Positions 13,209 to 27,159 of a stretch of 64,000 nucleotides of DNA are shown piece after piece. The notes beneath the pieces are model-generated. The model ran no database searches. It saw only the letters and a list, made by a program, of their open reading frames with translations, and was not told the origin of the DNA. The stretch spans positions 8,742,001 through 8,806,000 of the forward strand of contig OZ024763.1 in NCBI GenBank assembly GCA_964016885.1. The letters are read 5' to 3'. Numbering within the stretch: the first letter of the stretch is position 1; every line of letters begins with the position of its first letter. A program made the position numbers and the translations under genes. This DNA is from Eledone cirrhosa (Eukaryota).

Positions 13209-13469
13209 CTTTTGGGTAAATTTTTACTGTTATACTTGGGGTATCATGTGATGCTTCTGGTGAGGGTGCTTGGCTATTCCTGTGTTTTAGCCTCGCCATC
13301 ACCTGTGGTAATGCTGCAAGTGTGTTGGCTTGCTTCAAGAATTATTAAAGGGGAAATCCAGCTCCCGTTATTGTGGTGTGTCATTCAGTGTGCCTGTCTT
13401 TGACCTAAACTTTTGTTTTAGTACTATATATACAGACATATATATATATGTATGTATAGTATATATGTG

Positions 13470-13507
<38 letters not shown>

Positions 13508-16040
13508 ACACACACATATATATATATATGTATAGTATATATGTGTATATGTATATATATAATTATTCCAAGTAAAAAGTGTTGATTGATCAAGTAATCG
13601 ACTGACTGAAGTGTAAACACGTGTAAGCGCTCTATGTCATGGGTACCTTAAGGTATTACGTATAACATATCGGATAGAGTGTCAATATTATATATGTGTG
13701 TGTGTGTGTGAACGAAATTTATTATAAATGTATAAGTCAATTGCAATTTCTAATTTAAATCCAGATGCCGAAAGTATTTTGGCTGAAGAGGCCCAGAAGA
13801 TACCATGTAAACAACTTTTAAGGACCGGTAACTAAACAATTCTCTTTTAATCACCTTATTTCTACATATGACAGTCCACTTTATAAGATAGTAGTACTGG
13901 TGTCATGACAAAAAAGCACCCAGTACACCCTGTAAAGTGATAGTACTGGTGTCATAATAAAAAGCACTCAGTACACCCTGTAAGGTGGTAGTGCTGTTGC
14001 CATGACAAAAAAACACCCAGTACACCCTGTAAAGTAGTAAATATTGGTGTTATAATAAAATGCTCTTGGTGCATGCTATAAAGTGGTTGATGTTATATAT
14101 ATATATATATATGGAGGCACATGGCTTAGTGGTTAGAGCATTGGCCTTGCAATCGAAAGGTTGTGAGTTCAATTCTCAGACCGGGTGATGTGTTGTTTCC
14201 TTGAGCAAGACACTTTATTTCACATTGCTCCAGTTTACTCAGCTGTAGAAATGAGATGATAGGGACTGGGGTCCCTATCATTCCACTACAAAGTGGTCGT
14301 GGAGGTGCCATGGCAAAAAAGCACCAGCACTCACTGTAAATGAGGTTGGTGTTAGGAAGGGCATCCAGCTGTAGAAATCAAGCCAGAATCAGTTCCCGTC
14401 CCACCCTTGCAAGCAGGGAAAAGTGGACGTAAAATGAAATGATGATATATATACTTCAAAAAAAGAAAAGAATGACTTCACTTGTAGTTGGTGTTCTAAA
14501 CAATTTAATTTTACAATTTTACTATCTTTGTTAACTTCGGTGGGAAGTTTTTCTTAAAAATCCTGATTAACTTTCTGGAGAACTTACTTGCATTCACCAG
14601 TGGCGATTGTCAAACTGATCTAAGGATGTGTTGCAATGTGTGACTATATATATATAAGGAAAAGAAATCAAAAATGCAACTGGAGTCTTTTTAAGAATAT
14701 TTATTTGTTTCCTTCACCAGTTTCACAGTTCTTATGCTTTTCAAAAGTAGAATTGAGATGGAGGGTTTGTGATTTTTCTCGCATCTGGTTGGTGCTCAAA
14801 TGTTACTTCTATTTTATGTATATATATACAAGTAAATAATCGAGAATCAGAATCTCGGCCCACGAAATAATGATAAACAATCTTCAATATGTGTGGCAGA
14901 GGGCTCAATAGTTTGGATGAACCAGAGCTATAACTATCGTTAAAATACCAACGCATAGAGATGATGCCTAGATCATTCGCACAGCCGAAAAAAACGACTA
15001 GGAAAATTCGGGTCACTCAAATAATAAATTAATAAATTAAATGAATGTATATATATATATATAGAGAGAGAGAGATAAAATACATCTGTTATATAATATA
15101 TTTAATAATAATTTTTGTATTTGTTTTATTTTGTGTTGTTTAGGAACTTGTAATTTTGGTCCAAACTGCCGGTTTTCTCATTTAACGACTGAAACACAAC
15201 TGGAACTGGAAATGGAGAGTAAGTTTATTATATTCAAATCTTTTTCTAATACCAAAACCACATAAAACCATCCCCTGGTTCTACCATACAAAACTGTTTG
15301 GATTCATAGTGTTTATCTTTATCTAAGGTGGTGAATTGGCAGTCGTTAGAACGTCAGATAGAATGCTTTATGGTATTTGTTCCATCAAATCCCATCAATG
15401 TCAACTTTGTCTTTCATTCATTTGAGGTCATTTAAAAAAGTACCAGTCTAGTACTGGGGTTGATTCTTCCTCTATATCTCTTTCTTATTTCCTCTCTCTC
15501 GCTTTCTATCTTTCTCTGAAAGAAATCTGCTGTACTTAGGCCTGTAGGGAAGATGGGCTCTGCCAGATTAAAAAAAGATTCCCTAGAAACGACATGTTGG
15601 TACACATTTTCAGCTGAGTATACTGGAGCAACGTGAAATGAAGTGTTTTGCTCAAGAACACAACACACAAACCAGTCTAAGAATCAAACCCATGGCCTTT
15701 ACCACTAGGCCACACACATCCACTATTTTAAAACTTTAGGGAGGAAACAATATTTATATTTTTAATAATTTTTTTGGGTTTGTATTTGTCGACAGTTTGG
15801 GCGAAGAAAGAGGAGACGAAACAGAAACTTCTGGAAGAAAAACGGACCTCAATTGCCCCCACCTTTGAAGAATGGTTAGAGAAGAGAGCAAAACAACCCA
15901 AGAAGAAAGTTTTAGCCAAAATGGTCCTGCCCCAATGGACTGTCCCACCTCAGTTGATATATCTACCATCTATATCACTCTCACTACAGCCTCCACAGCT
16001 GGAGGATTTCAAAAGCTCGCCTCGTATAGATTGGGGTTGA
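11977..16040 (+). CDS. ZMAT5: Zinc finger matrin-type protein 5 / U11/U12 snRNP 20 kDa; join(11977..12103,13765..13827,15144..15218,15796..16040), 169 aa
   Basis: Spliced translation MGKRYYCDFCDKSFADLPNNRKKHINGSLHQRMRKQHYDAFR-DAESILAEEAQKIPCKQLLRTG-TCNFGPNCRFSHL...FEEWLEKRAK...PRIDWG* matches the recalled ZMAT5 layout (matrin finger, CCCH finger, WLEKRAK, C-terminal WG). All introns are GT-AG with consistent phase; 510 nt total. Confidence 0.95.
12340..12650 (-). mobile_element. Copy of the 6833-7200 element in ZMAT5 intron 1
   Basis: Shared GCTCATGGATGTTATCCAA and CTCTACCTGGAGTGACTCTCTGAT blocks. Confidence 0.7.
13765..13827 (+). CDS. ZMAT5: ZMAT5 coding exon 2
   Basis: ccag|ATGCC...ACCG|gtaac; DAESILAEEAQKIPCKQLLRTG. 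Confidence 0.92.
14113..14446 (+). mobile_element. tRNA-derived SINE with RTE-derived 3' tail
   Basis: A-box TGGCTTAGTGG, B-box GAGTTCAATTC, central CCTTGAGCAAGACACTT block. The 3' part closely matches the LINE 3' UTR at 24655-24805 and ends in a gatga tail. Confidence 0.85.
15144..15218 (+). CDS. ZMAT5: ZMAT5 coding exon 3 (second half of CCCH finger)
   Basis: tttag|GAACT...GAGA|gtaagt; TCNFGPNCRFSHLTTETQLELEME. Confidence 0.93.
15796..16040 (+). CDS. ZMAT5: ZMAT5 terminal coding exon
   Basis: gacag|TTTGG; same frame as ORF 15774..16040 ending PRIDWG-TGA. Confidence 0.92.
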
Positions 16041-16140
16041 CTGTCGCTATATATATATATATATATATATACATATTCATGTCACTGTATGCCACATACA
16101 ACAATCCATCTTATGTACAATCAATATTGAATATTATGTA

Positions 16141-16146
16141 AATAAA
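16141..16146 (+). terminator. Candidate polyadenylation signal (AATAAA) for ZMAT5
   Basis: AATAAA 100 nt after the stop codon, followed by T/GT-rich sequence. Confidence 0.5.
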
Positions 16147-17579
16147 ATGTCTATATTTTATGTAAGTATTTATGTTATTATTATTTTTATTATTATTATT
16201 ATTTGTGCTATTAATAGTGTTGTCAGCATCGGTAGAGCGAGTCTGGTTGGTGTGAGAGAGACTGTCAGAGTCGTTAAAACGTCAGATAGAATGCCTTGTG
16301 GTATTTGTTCCAGCTCTCTGATCTCTGAGTTCAAATCCCACCGAGGTTAACTTTAGATTTCATCCTTTTGAGGTCGATAAAAAAGTACCAGTCAAGTACT
16401 GGGGTCAATTCTTCTTCTATATCTCTTTCTCATTTCCTCTCTCTATCTCTGCATATACACACACACACACGCGCGCACGCACAGAAAGTACTGGGGTCGA
16501 TTCTTCCTCTGTATCTCTTTCCTATTTCCTCTCTCTCTCTTTCTATCTTTCTCTGGAAGAAATCTGCTGTATTCAGGCCTGGAGAGGGAAGGGCTCTGCC
16601 AGGCTTAAAATGACCAAGAAATGCTGTATGTCAATACAGCACCCCTAGGACTCTATCAGGAGGTACGGGACCATATCATACCATACATATATATGTTGGA
16701 AACCAGGGATCTCCAACCTCAGGAGTTTGGTTGATAAGTACAGAGACACATTGGAAACCAGAGGTCTCCGGCCTGTCCATAAAAGAAGGAACACAATAAG
16801 ATAAAATATTTTCTCAGCTGTTCTGAAGATGAGGTGAATCAGTTTGAAAAGGTCATATGACTGAAATAATTCCTAATTATCTTATGTCTGTCTATTTAAC
16901 CTTTGCCCTCTCTCACCTGTTGAATAATGATATCATCATTATGTCACACACAGGTAATTACACTGCCCTCAATTTTATATATATATATACACACATATAT
17001 ATAAGTATATATATATATATATGTATAAGTGTAGGTGTATGCAAAAAGTAAATGAAAACAACAAATTACAATATTGGTTTAACCCTTGATATTGTAGGAA
17101 AGGAGTGTTGTTTACGTTGTTTCGGGCACTAGTCCTTCATCAGAAAACAGAATGAGAATGTATATATATCATCATCATCATCATCATTTTACGTCCGCTT
17201 TTCCCTGCTTGCAAGGGTGGGATGGGTCCTCTTCAGCAGAGCATCTCTCCACTTGTCATGGTCCTTCATCATCTCCTATATATATATATAACAAAGAAGG
17301 TGTAGTAAGATACCAAGTGGACCATAACGCACCAGAGTACTCAATAGTTAGGGTAGTAGAGTGGGTACTAAGCTGTCGAAACAGTCGGAGATCAGCTATT
17401 GGGGTCCTGACTTTTTCTCTATATATATGTATATATATATATATATATATACACATATATATATATATATACACATATATATATATATATATGGCCGCAA
17501 GCCAGCAATAGACAATAAACCTGTTAACGAAAACAAACAAAAGCCTCGATCTGGAGGAACTTCTGAAGTCAAGGGACCT

Positions 17580-17782
17580 TAGGCCTATCTGATGTTGGAT
17601 AAAGAAGATTTATTTGACAGGGGCCATAGTCCTATCTGATGTTGGATAAAAGTGAAAATTATTTGACAGGGGCCTCAGAACTACCTGATGTTAGATAAAG
17701 GTAAAGATATATTTGACAGGGGCCATAGGACTATCTGATGTTGGATAAAGGTGAAATTATTATTTGACAGGGGTCATAGGCC
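17580..17782. repeat. ~48-bp tandem repeat, 4 diverged copies
   Basis: CTATCTGATGTTGGATAAAGGTGAA..ATTTGACAGGGGCCATAG. Confidence 0.8.
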
Positions 17783-18247
17783 TCCCTAGGATGAAGATGA
17801 AAAAGATATATGTGGAGGGGTGATGGAACTACGAGGGGTGTTGGCTGAAGGTGAAGATATATCTGGCTATCATATATAATCAGACATATTTGCTATGTCT
17901 ATATATGGCATTGTGAACTTCAGTCAAGAAGCTTCACTCCTATATATATATAAAAATGTGTGGGTGTATGAAATATGTATATATATATAGATATGTATGT
18001 ATGTCTGTGTATATATATGTGTATATATATATATATATATGTGTATATATATATATAAATGTATATATATGTATATATATATATAAAGGTATATATCTAA
18101 ATGTATATATATATATGTATATATATGTGTGTGTCCCAGATATGTACTCTGACAATAGAGCTGATGCTAACAGTGATTAAACTAAAACTGTGAATCAAAG
18201 TTAAATAAACACACAGCCATGTTGGATAGTGTTGAAGTCATGTACGA

Positions 18248-18765
18248 TAGTGGAGGTGATGGTGATGGTAGTGGTGGTGGTGGTGATGTGTAGTGGTGAT
18301 GTGTAGTGGTGGTGGTGATGATGTGTGGTGGTGGTGATGGTAGTGGTGGTAATGGTGGTGGTGGTGGTAGTGGTGGTGATGGTAGTGGTGGTGGTGATGA
18401 TGTGTGGTGGTGGTGATGGTGGTGGTGGTGATGGTAGTGGTGGTGGTGGTGGTGGTGGTGGTGATGATGTGTAGTGGTGGTGGTGGTGATGGTAGTGGTG
18501 GTAGTGGTGGTGGTGGTGGTGGTGGTGGTGATGTGTGGTGGTGGTGGTGATGATGTGTAGTGGTGGTGGTGGTGATGGTAGTGGTGGTGGTGGTGGTGGT
18601 GGTGGTGATGATGTGTAGTGGTGGTGGTGGTGATGGTAGTGGTGGTAGTGGTGGTGGTGGTGGTGGTGATGTGTAGTGGTGGTGGTGGTGATGGTGATGG
18701 TAGTGGTGGTGGTGGTGATGTGTAGTGGTGGTGGTGGTGGTGATGGTAGTGGTGGTGGTGGTGAT
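18248..18765. repeat. (GGT/GAT)n simple repeat
   Basis: Directly visible. Confidence 0.9.
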
Positions 18766-18974
18766 GTATACTATAATGTAATGGTGTAGGTGAGGTGGTG
18801 GTGGTGTGTACTATATGCAATAGTGGAATCTTTGTACCATAATGGCAGCTGCTGCTGGCAGTGGTGGTGGTGGTGGTGACCTCTCAGCCCTGCAATGTTG
18901 ACCCCTAAATTGCTACACAGCCCCAAAAAGCTTGTGTGTTGCCCTATTTAGCCTCAAATGTAACCATGTATATC

Positions 18975-19090
18975 ATGCCTCATTCACTGTTCATTTTCCT
19001 GACATTTATACATTATTCTATGCACTATACATGCACCTTTGATGAGCTGTAGTGCACCTGAGCACTGTACACAATAATTTCATTATTATT
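18975..19090 (+). mobile_element. 3' end of a retroposon with (ATT)n tail
   Basis: GTAGTGCACCTGAGCACTGTACACAATAATTTCATTATTATT; also at 3965-4015(+) and 42905-43030(-). Confidence 0.6.
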
Positions 19091-19433
19091 ACAACATAGA
19101 AAACAACGCAAGTATTTATGACATTCAAAACACCAGGAAGAAAATTACAATATAGAAAGGCAGTTGACCCTTACAGCACCTCACTGACCAGGGGTATTGC
19201 CCTATTTAACCACTTAGCTACAAAGACTGTCTCGTTTAATCCCAATAACAGATGTAATAACAAAGTTAAATAAAATAATTGTTTCTACTTTTGGAACAAG
19301 GCCAGCAATTACCCAGTGCATTACTGGTACTTTATTTTATCGGCCCCGTAAGGATGAAAGGCAAAGTTAACCTCGGCGGAATTAAATATTAAAGAAAAAC
19401 CAGGTTATGCCCTAAACAACCTACAAACTTTAC

Positions 19434-19523
<90 letters not shown>

Positions 19524-19524
19524 C

Positions 19525-19583
<59 letters not shown>

Positions 19584-19614
19584 CATATATGAGGGTGTTA
19601 AAGTTTGCTTGAAG

Positions 19615-19672
<58 letters not shown>

Positions 19673-19673
19673 A

Positions 19674-19704
<31 letters not shown>

Positions 19705-19717
19705 CATATATATATAA

Positions 19718-19756
<39 letters not shown>

Positions 19757-19777
19757 TATATAAATATATATATATAA

Positions 19778-19830
<53 letters not shown>

Positions 19831-20690
19831 TACAAAGGAATTGTGGTAAGGAACCAAATAGACCATAACGCACCAGAGTACTCAATACTTAAGGTAGTAG
19901 AGTGGGAAATAGGAAAAAGTATGACTCCGACGGCAGAGCTCAAGCCGTTTCGACGGCTATTTCTGGACTAAATTAGAATTTTTAGCCTGGTGAATAAATA
20001 GCCGAACTTTTCAAGGAGGTACTTCCTTATATGGGAAGATTGTAGTTGTCAAGAGGATTGGTTAAAATTTGTTGTAAACACAAATAAGTCTATCATGGCA
20101 TTTGGTGGGAGGTAGGGGTGGCTGAACTTGCCTGTAGAACAATAGGGGAGTGAGTGGAGCGGTCAAGCGTTGAAAGTGATATGTATACATCAGATTCTAA
20201 GGATAGTGTATGAAGTGGGGGAGGGAGGTTATAGAATAGGTAAATCGAAAGAGATTTATATATATAAGATATGTATATATATATATATAAGTATGTATGT
20301 ATGTATACGTACATACATATATGTATACAGATGTACAGTAGTATGTATATATATACATACATGCACACATATATATATGCACGTATCGGTTTACCGAACA
20401 TTCTTTATAATGCTCGAATTGTTTGTAAACAAACAAACAGCCCGAATTACGCCTTTTTGTTCAACACTGACACAGGAACGATGTACTAGTTTCAAGCTTA
20501 TTAGCTATCGTCAGCATCGTATACCTTCCTGCCAGATGGTTGAACGTCTGAAACTATATACTTTCCTTATGCATATTAATGGGTGAGCAGCCCAATTTGC
20601 ATATCGAGTGAGTTTACATACATATATATATATATATGTATGTATATGTATATATATATATACATATTTATATATATTTATGTATATACA

Positions 20691-20729
<39 letters not shown>

Positions 20730-20730
20730 T

Positions 20731-20769
<39 letters not shown>

Positions 20770-20948
20770 GTATATACATGTATATATATATATATATACA
20801 TGTATATATGGTGGCTGCCAACTCGTTTTCGAGTACGGCCACTACTTTACATCCATGTAGGAGAACCCCTACCGATGCGCTGAATGAGTGTGACTTTTTA
20901 GTCCAACCAGCGACTTGAAAACTCTGGTACAAACACTACACCTGTGAC

Positions 20949-20979
<31 letters not shown>

Positions 20980-21134
20980 CATGTATATATCTTTATCTAT
21001 CTACCTCTCTATCTATCTACCTCTCTATCTATCTATCTCTAAAATTTACCTGTCAAACAAGAAATATGATAGCAATAACAGCAACAATGACAACAATATA
21101 AAATATTTCAACCTGTCAACTAATTGACAAAGAA

Positions 21135-21750
21135 GAACACAACAATACACACACATACTCACACACACATATACACATACTCACACACACACACACACAA
21201 CAATACACACACACATACTCACACACACACAACAATACACACACATAACAATACACACATATATACTCTCACGCACACACACACACACACAACAATACAC
21301 ACACATATACTCTCACAAACACAACAATACACACATACTCACACACACACAACAATACACACACACACATCAATACACACACACATATACTCTCACATAC
21401 ACACCACATACTCACACACACACACACAACAATACACACACACATACTCACACACACACACACATCAATACACACATATATACTCTCACACACACACACA
21501 CACAATAAACATACATACTCACACACACACACATCAATACACACATATATACTCTCACACACACACAACAATACACACACATATACTCACACACACACAC
21601 ACACATCAATACACATACATACTCACACACAACAATACACACATATATACTCTCACACACACACACAACAATACACACATATACTCACACACACACAATA
21701 CACATATATACTCACACACACACACAACAATACACATATATACTCACACG
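21135..21750. repeat. (CA)-rich compound minisatellite
   Basis: Directly visible. Confidence 0.9.
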
Positions 21751-22974
21751 GTGGGAGGTGGGGGTGGAAATGAGTAGGGTGGGGGTGAGGAGTGGTGGTA
21801 GGGGGTAGTGACGTGGGGGGTGCTCTGGATGGTCATGCTGGTGGTGTGGTGGTGTGTGGTGTGGAGTGGTAGTGAGATAGAGTGAAAGATAGAGAGAGAA
21901 AGGTAGAGAAAGATATATACTGAGGTGGTGGGGGAGTAGGGGAGAGGAGTGATAGGTGTGTGGTGGTGGTGGTGGTGAGGTGAATGAATTGTCAGTCATC
22001 AAATAGATTACTTTGTGCTATTTGTTCCAGTTGTCTGCTTTCAAATCCCTCCTAGGTCAACTTTGTCTTTCAGCCTTTTGATGTCGATTAAAAGAAATTT
22101 TTTAAAAAGTACCAGCTATATACTGGAGTCAATTTTTCCTCCTCTTTATCTCATTCTTGCTTCCTTTCTCTATCCCTATCTCTCCTTAATCATGAACATC
22201 ACAGACATGGATTTTTAGTCCTTCTAGGGACTTGCCTATGGCCAGCAATACCATGCATTGCAAAAAATGTCACATATCAAGCAATGTCTGTGCTTGAAGC
22301 TTTTTAAGTGAGGAAAGGCTTTGTACGGAACCAATCCCACTCTCTGAACGTCGAATACATTTACTCAAAAAGAAGAACTGGTCTCCATCATTGGATGTGA
22401 CCTTCTCCTAGAGAGATGTCATAAGACTAGAAAACTTTGTTTTTCATCCCACAGGGTGTTCAAAATCCTCCTCCTGACCAAGCAAGCTTGGTGGGGTTGC
22501 CGGTTTAGTCGCCGCTGACATGACAATGCACAGGTTGTACTGGGTTACATGTTACCAGTAGCGCTAAAGAGTGACCTGACATACACACACACACATACAT
22601 ACATACACACATCCATCCATAGATACACACATATACATACATGCACACATCATCCATACATACACACATCCATCCATATATATATATATATATACACATA
22701 TATACATCAAAGATAGGGTAAAAATAAATTTGACATTTCAAAAATTGTTTGTTTTTTTCCCTCGTTTTTTTTTTTTTCTTCTTTTCTCTCTCTTTGATTT
22801 AACTCTGTTAGATTAGATAAATAGGTGTAAAAACCTGTTAAATATGAGAATATCAGGTGATCTGAAGGATAAATGGTTACAAATATGTTATCTTGTTTCG
22901 GTTACATGATGAATAATAAATACGGAAAGCATGAATGAGGTGTGTTTTAAGTGGTTAAAGTAAATATATGTATG

Positions 22975-23005
<31 letters not shown>

Positions 23006-23024
23006 GTGTGTATGTATATATGTA

Positions 23025-23065
<41 letters not shown>

Positions 23066-23082
23066 TTGTGTGTATATATATA

Positions 23083-24915
23083 TAACCAGGTAATACTAGA
23101 AGGGGCCATACCAAAAGATTGGTGCAGTAGCATCATTGTCAACTGCTACAAAGGTAAAGGCGATGCACTAGATAGAGGAAACTATAGAGGTATAAAGTTG
23201 ATGGACCAGGTCATGAAAGTAACAGAAAGAGTTATAGCACAGCTGATTAGGGACCGGGTGAAAATAAACGAGATGCAATTTGGGTTTGTACCAGGTAGAG
23301 GCACCACTGATGCCCTCTTCCTTGTGAGGCAATTACAGGAAAAGTACCTAGCTAAAAGTAAGCCACTCTACTTGGCATTTGTCGACCTTGAGAAAGCCTT
23401 TGACAGAGTTCCACGTGCTGTAATCTGGTGGGCTCTTAGAAAACTAGGAGTAGATGAATGGCTTGTGAAAGTGGTACAAGCCATGTATAGGGGAGCAGTC
23501 AGCAAAGTTAGGATTAGCAATGAGTATAGCGAGGAATTTAGCGTACAGGTTGGGGTCCACCAGGGCTCTGTTCTTAGCCCTCTCCTGTTCATCATAGTCC
23601 TGCAGGCAATAACGGAGGAGTTTAAGACCGGATGCCCATGGGAACTCCTGTATGCTGATGACCTCGCACTCATAGCTGAATCTATGGTAGAACTAGAGAA
23701 TAAATTCCAAACCTGGAAGCAGGGACTAGAAAGAAAGGGTCTCAAAGTCAACATGACAAAGACTAAGGTCCTTGTAAGTAGACGAGAAAACAGAACCCAG
23801 ATCCCCTCAGGGAAATGGCCTTGCTCAGTATGTAGGAAAGGTGTAGGTAGGAACTCCATTCTCTGCCCCAAATGCAAACAATGGGTACACAAGAGATGTA
23901 GCGGGATCTCAGGAAGCTTAATTAAGAATGTAGGATTCACATGCAGCAGCTGTGCTGAAACAGCAAGCAGCAAACAGCCACAGGAAACAAGTACCACCAA
24001 TCTCTGGGAGGGCCCTGTAGAAACAGTAGACAGCTTCTGCTACCTAGGTGACCGAATTAGCAACGGAGGTGGGTGTTCAGAAAGTACAATAACTAGGGTA
24101 AGAACGGGATGGAAGAAGTTTAGGGAACTACTACCACTGCTAGCTGCAAAAGGCTTCTCCCTCAGAATGAAAGGCAGACTGTATGATGCGTGTATCCGAA
24201 CAGTGATGTTGCATGGTAGTGAGACCTGGGCGCTGAAGGTGGAAGACTTACGTAGATTAGAGAGAAACGAAGCCTGCATGCTCCGATGGATGTGTAACAG
24301 TAATATACGTGAACGACAAAGCATAAATGAATTGAGAGAGAGACTGAGCATAAGAGGAATCAAATGGTGTGTGCAGGAGAGGCGGTTGCGTTGGTATGGA
24401 CATGTGATGCGTATGAAGGATGACAGCTGCATAAAAAGGTGCAGAGCACTAGAAGTTGATGGAAACCGCGGAGTGGGGAGACCCAAGATGACCTGGGATG
24501 AGGTGATAAAAGCCGACCTTACCCAATTACACCTCTCAAAGACAATGACACACGACCGTGACTTCTGGCGTCACGCAGTAATACAGAGTACCTGACCTCC
24601 CATGGGTACATGCTGAAGCATATAAACAATATGCCCCCACACCCCCCACCGCAAGGTGGTCGTGGAGGTGCCATGGCAAAAAAGCACCCAGCCCACTCTG
24701 TAAAGTGGACGTGTAGGCGCCACGAAAAAGCACCCAGCACTCACTGTAAATGAGGTTGGTGTTAGGAAGGGCATCCAGCTGTAGAAATCAAGCCAGATCA
24801 GTTCCTGTTTGAGCAAGGCATGGTCAGCCGACCAGACACTGCACACAACAGGACAACCCGTCTAACCCATGCTAGCGTGGAAGAACGGACGTAAAACGGT
24901 GATGATGATGATGAT
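23083..24915 (+). mobile_element. RTE-clade non-LTR retrotransposon, 5'-truncated; uninterrupted RT ORF to 24595, 3' UTR and (GAT)n tail
   Basis: NYRGIKL, QFGFVPGRGTTDA, AFVDLEKAFD, GVHQGSVLSP, YADD (23651) and C-terminal RRLRWYGHV/GRPK.TW motifs. No endonuclease domain; 5' flank is a (TA)n microsatellite. Confidence 0.93.
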
Positions 24916-25729
24916 ATATATATATGTATGTGTGTGTGTATATATATATATATATATGCATGTAAAAGGTAAACAGAAATAACAACACAATCAGTACAGT
25001 ATATGGAAGGTATATATTAAGTTAATGCTTGATATAGCAGGAAGAGGGTCTTAACGTTTCAGACGCTATTCCTTCATCAGATGAAAGAATGAGAAATAAG
25101 ATAGATTGAAGGGAGGGACGGGATAGAATTGGAAAAAAAGTCTTTAGATAAAAATAACAAGTCCATTCATGTTGACATCTCTTTGGATTTGTACGCGTGT
25201 GTTATATAGTTATAGAGGTGCGTATATACATTTTAATTTATATTTTTAATCTACTCTGCCTTCCATAGGTTATAGATTCCATACACTGGTGGTTTTCCCT
25301 ATTTTATTGATGGCGCACTATCTCTCTCTAGTGTGTTACCTTTTCAACATATTGTATTTTAAAGAGCTCAGGATTCCTTTTCCTTTGAGCACATTATTGA
25401 CAGGGAATAACGAGTCTATGGCTCCGTTAATTTATTGTGATATAAATATATTTATGCATATGCATATATATATATATATATATAAATATTTCTATGTATA
25501 TGAATATGTATGTATGTATGTATGTTTAATGTCTATCTTCCATGTATGTATACATATAATTATATATATATATGTGTGTCTGTATACATATACACACATA
25601 CATGTACACACACACACATATATATATATATAGTGTTGGACAATACAATGTTTATAGATTAGAATCTCCAACAAATCATTATTGTCTTGGGTTGCACGGG
25701 CATAGGTCATTCCACCCAGTTGACTTCAA

Positions 25730-26274
25730 ACTACCACTTTACCTCCCTCCCTACCTACCTACCTACCTACCTACCACTTTACCTCCCTCCCTACCTACCT
25801 ACCTACCTACCACTTTACCTCCCTCCCTACCTACCTACCTACCACTTACCTACCTACCTCCCTCCCTCCCTACCACTCTACCTACCTCCCTACCTACCTA
25901 CCTACCTACCTACCACTTTACCTCCCTCCCTACCTACCTACCTACCTCCCTCCCTCCCTACCACTCTACCTACCTCCCTCCCTAATTACCTACCTACCTA
26001 CCTCCCTCTCTACCACTCTACCTCCCTCCCTACCTCCCTACCTACCTACCTCTCTACCTACCTACCTCCCTCCCTAATTACCTACCTACCTACCTCCCTA
26101 CCACTCTACCTACCTCCCTACCACTCTACCTACCTCCCTACCTACCTACCTCCCTACCTACCTTCCTCCCTAATTACCTACCTCCCTCCCTACCTCCCTA
26201 CCACTCTACCTACCTCCCTACCTACCTACCACTCTACCTACCTCCCTACCTACCTACCTCTCTACCTACCTACC
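25730..26274. repeat. (CTAC/CTCC)n simple repeat
   Basis: Directly visible. Confidence 0.9.
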
Positions 26275-26503
26275 ACACTGCAAAGTGGTCGTGGAGGTGC
26301 CATGGCAAAAAAGCACCCACCACTCACTGTAAATGAGGTTGGTGTTAGGAAGGGCATCCAGCTGTAGAAATCAAGCCAGAATCAGTTCCCGTATGAGCAA
26401 GACATGGTCAGCCAACTGGACACTGGTCACAACAGGACAACCCGTCTAACCCATGCTAGCGTGGAAGAACGGACGTAAAACTGTGATGATGATGGTGATG
26501 ATG
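26275..26503 (+). mobile_element. RTE 3' UTR fragment (inverted partner at 27160-27380)
   Basis: Matches 24650-24915. Confidence 0.8.
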
Positions 26504-26526
26504 ATATATATATATAACATCAGTGA

Positions 26527-26573
<47 letters not shown>

Positions 26574-27159
26574 ACCTTCCACAAACACACACAGTGTTTG
26601 AGAACATGAATGAAATTTCAGTCATATTTTTATAAACAGACATCTCTTTCTTCTTCTTCTTCTTCTCTTTCTTCTTCTCCCCTCTCCGTCTGTCTCACCC
26701 TCTCTCTCTCACCCCCTCTCTCTGTCATCCCCTCTCTCTCTCATATGTAATATGTTCACCATCTTATCTACCCCCACCCCAAGTATTTCTACTACATAAC
26801 TTAAGACATTGTCAAACCATGCTTCATCTTTCCTACAATGAAATAATTATACACTCTACACAAAATATGTCAACTAAACTATTTTATTTATTCCATAGTA
26901 ATAATAATAATTGCTTCTATATTTTAGGGGCAGTGAATTGTCAGGGTCGTTAGAATGTTGGATAGAATGCTTTATGGTATTCGTTCAGACTCTCTGTTCT
27001 TTGAGTTCAAATCCTGCTGAAGTCAACTTTGCCTTTCATCCTTTCGAGGTCAATAAAAAAAAGTACCAGTCAAGTACTGGGGTAGATTCTTTCTCTATAT
27101 CTCTTTCTCACTTCCACTCTCTTTATCTCTCCATATATATATATATATATATATATATA

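Noticed and set aside
14113-14185. tRNA gene
   Set aside because: A and B boxes are present, but the sequence continues into a SINE body and LINE tail and has a near-identical dispersed copy.
18182-18820. His/Pro/Thr-rich ORF, and similar ones at 21124, 25687, 48707 and 53004 plus all YIYI/CVCV ORFs
   Set aside because: Simple-sequence repeat translations without splice or homology support.
23006-23082. N-terminus of the 529-aa ORF (MCMYICIY...)
   Set aside because: Translation of flanking microsatellite; LINE homology starts near 23083.
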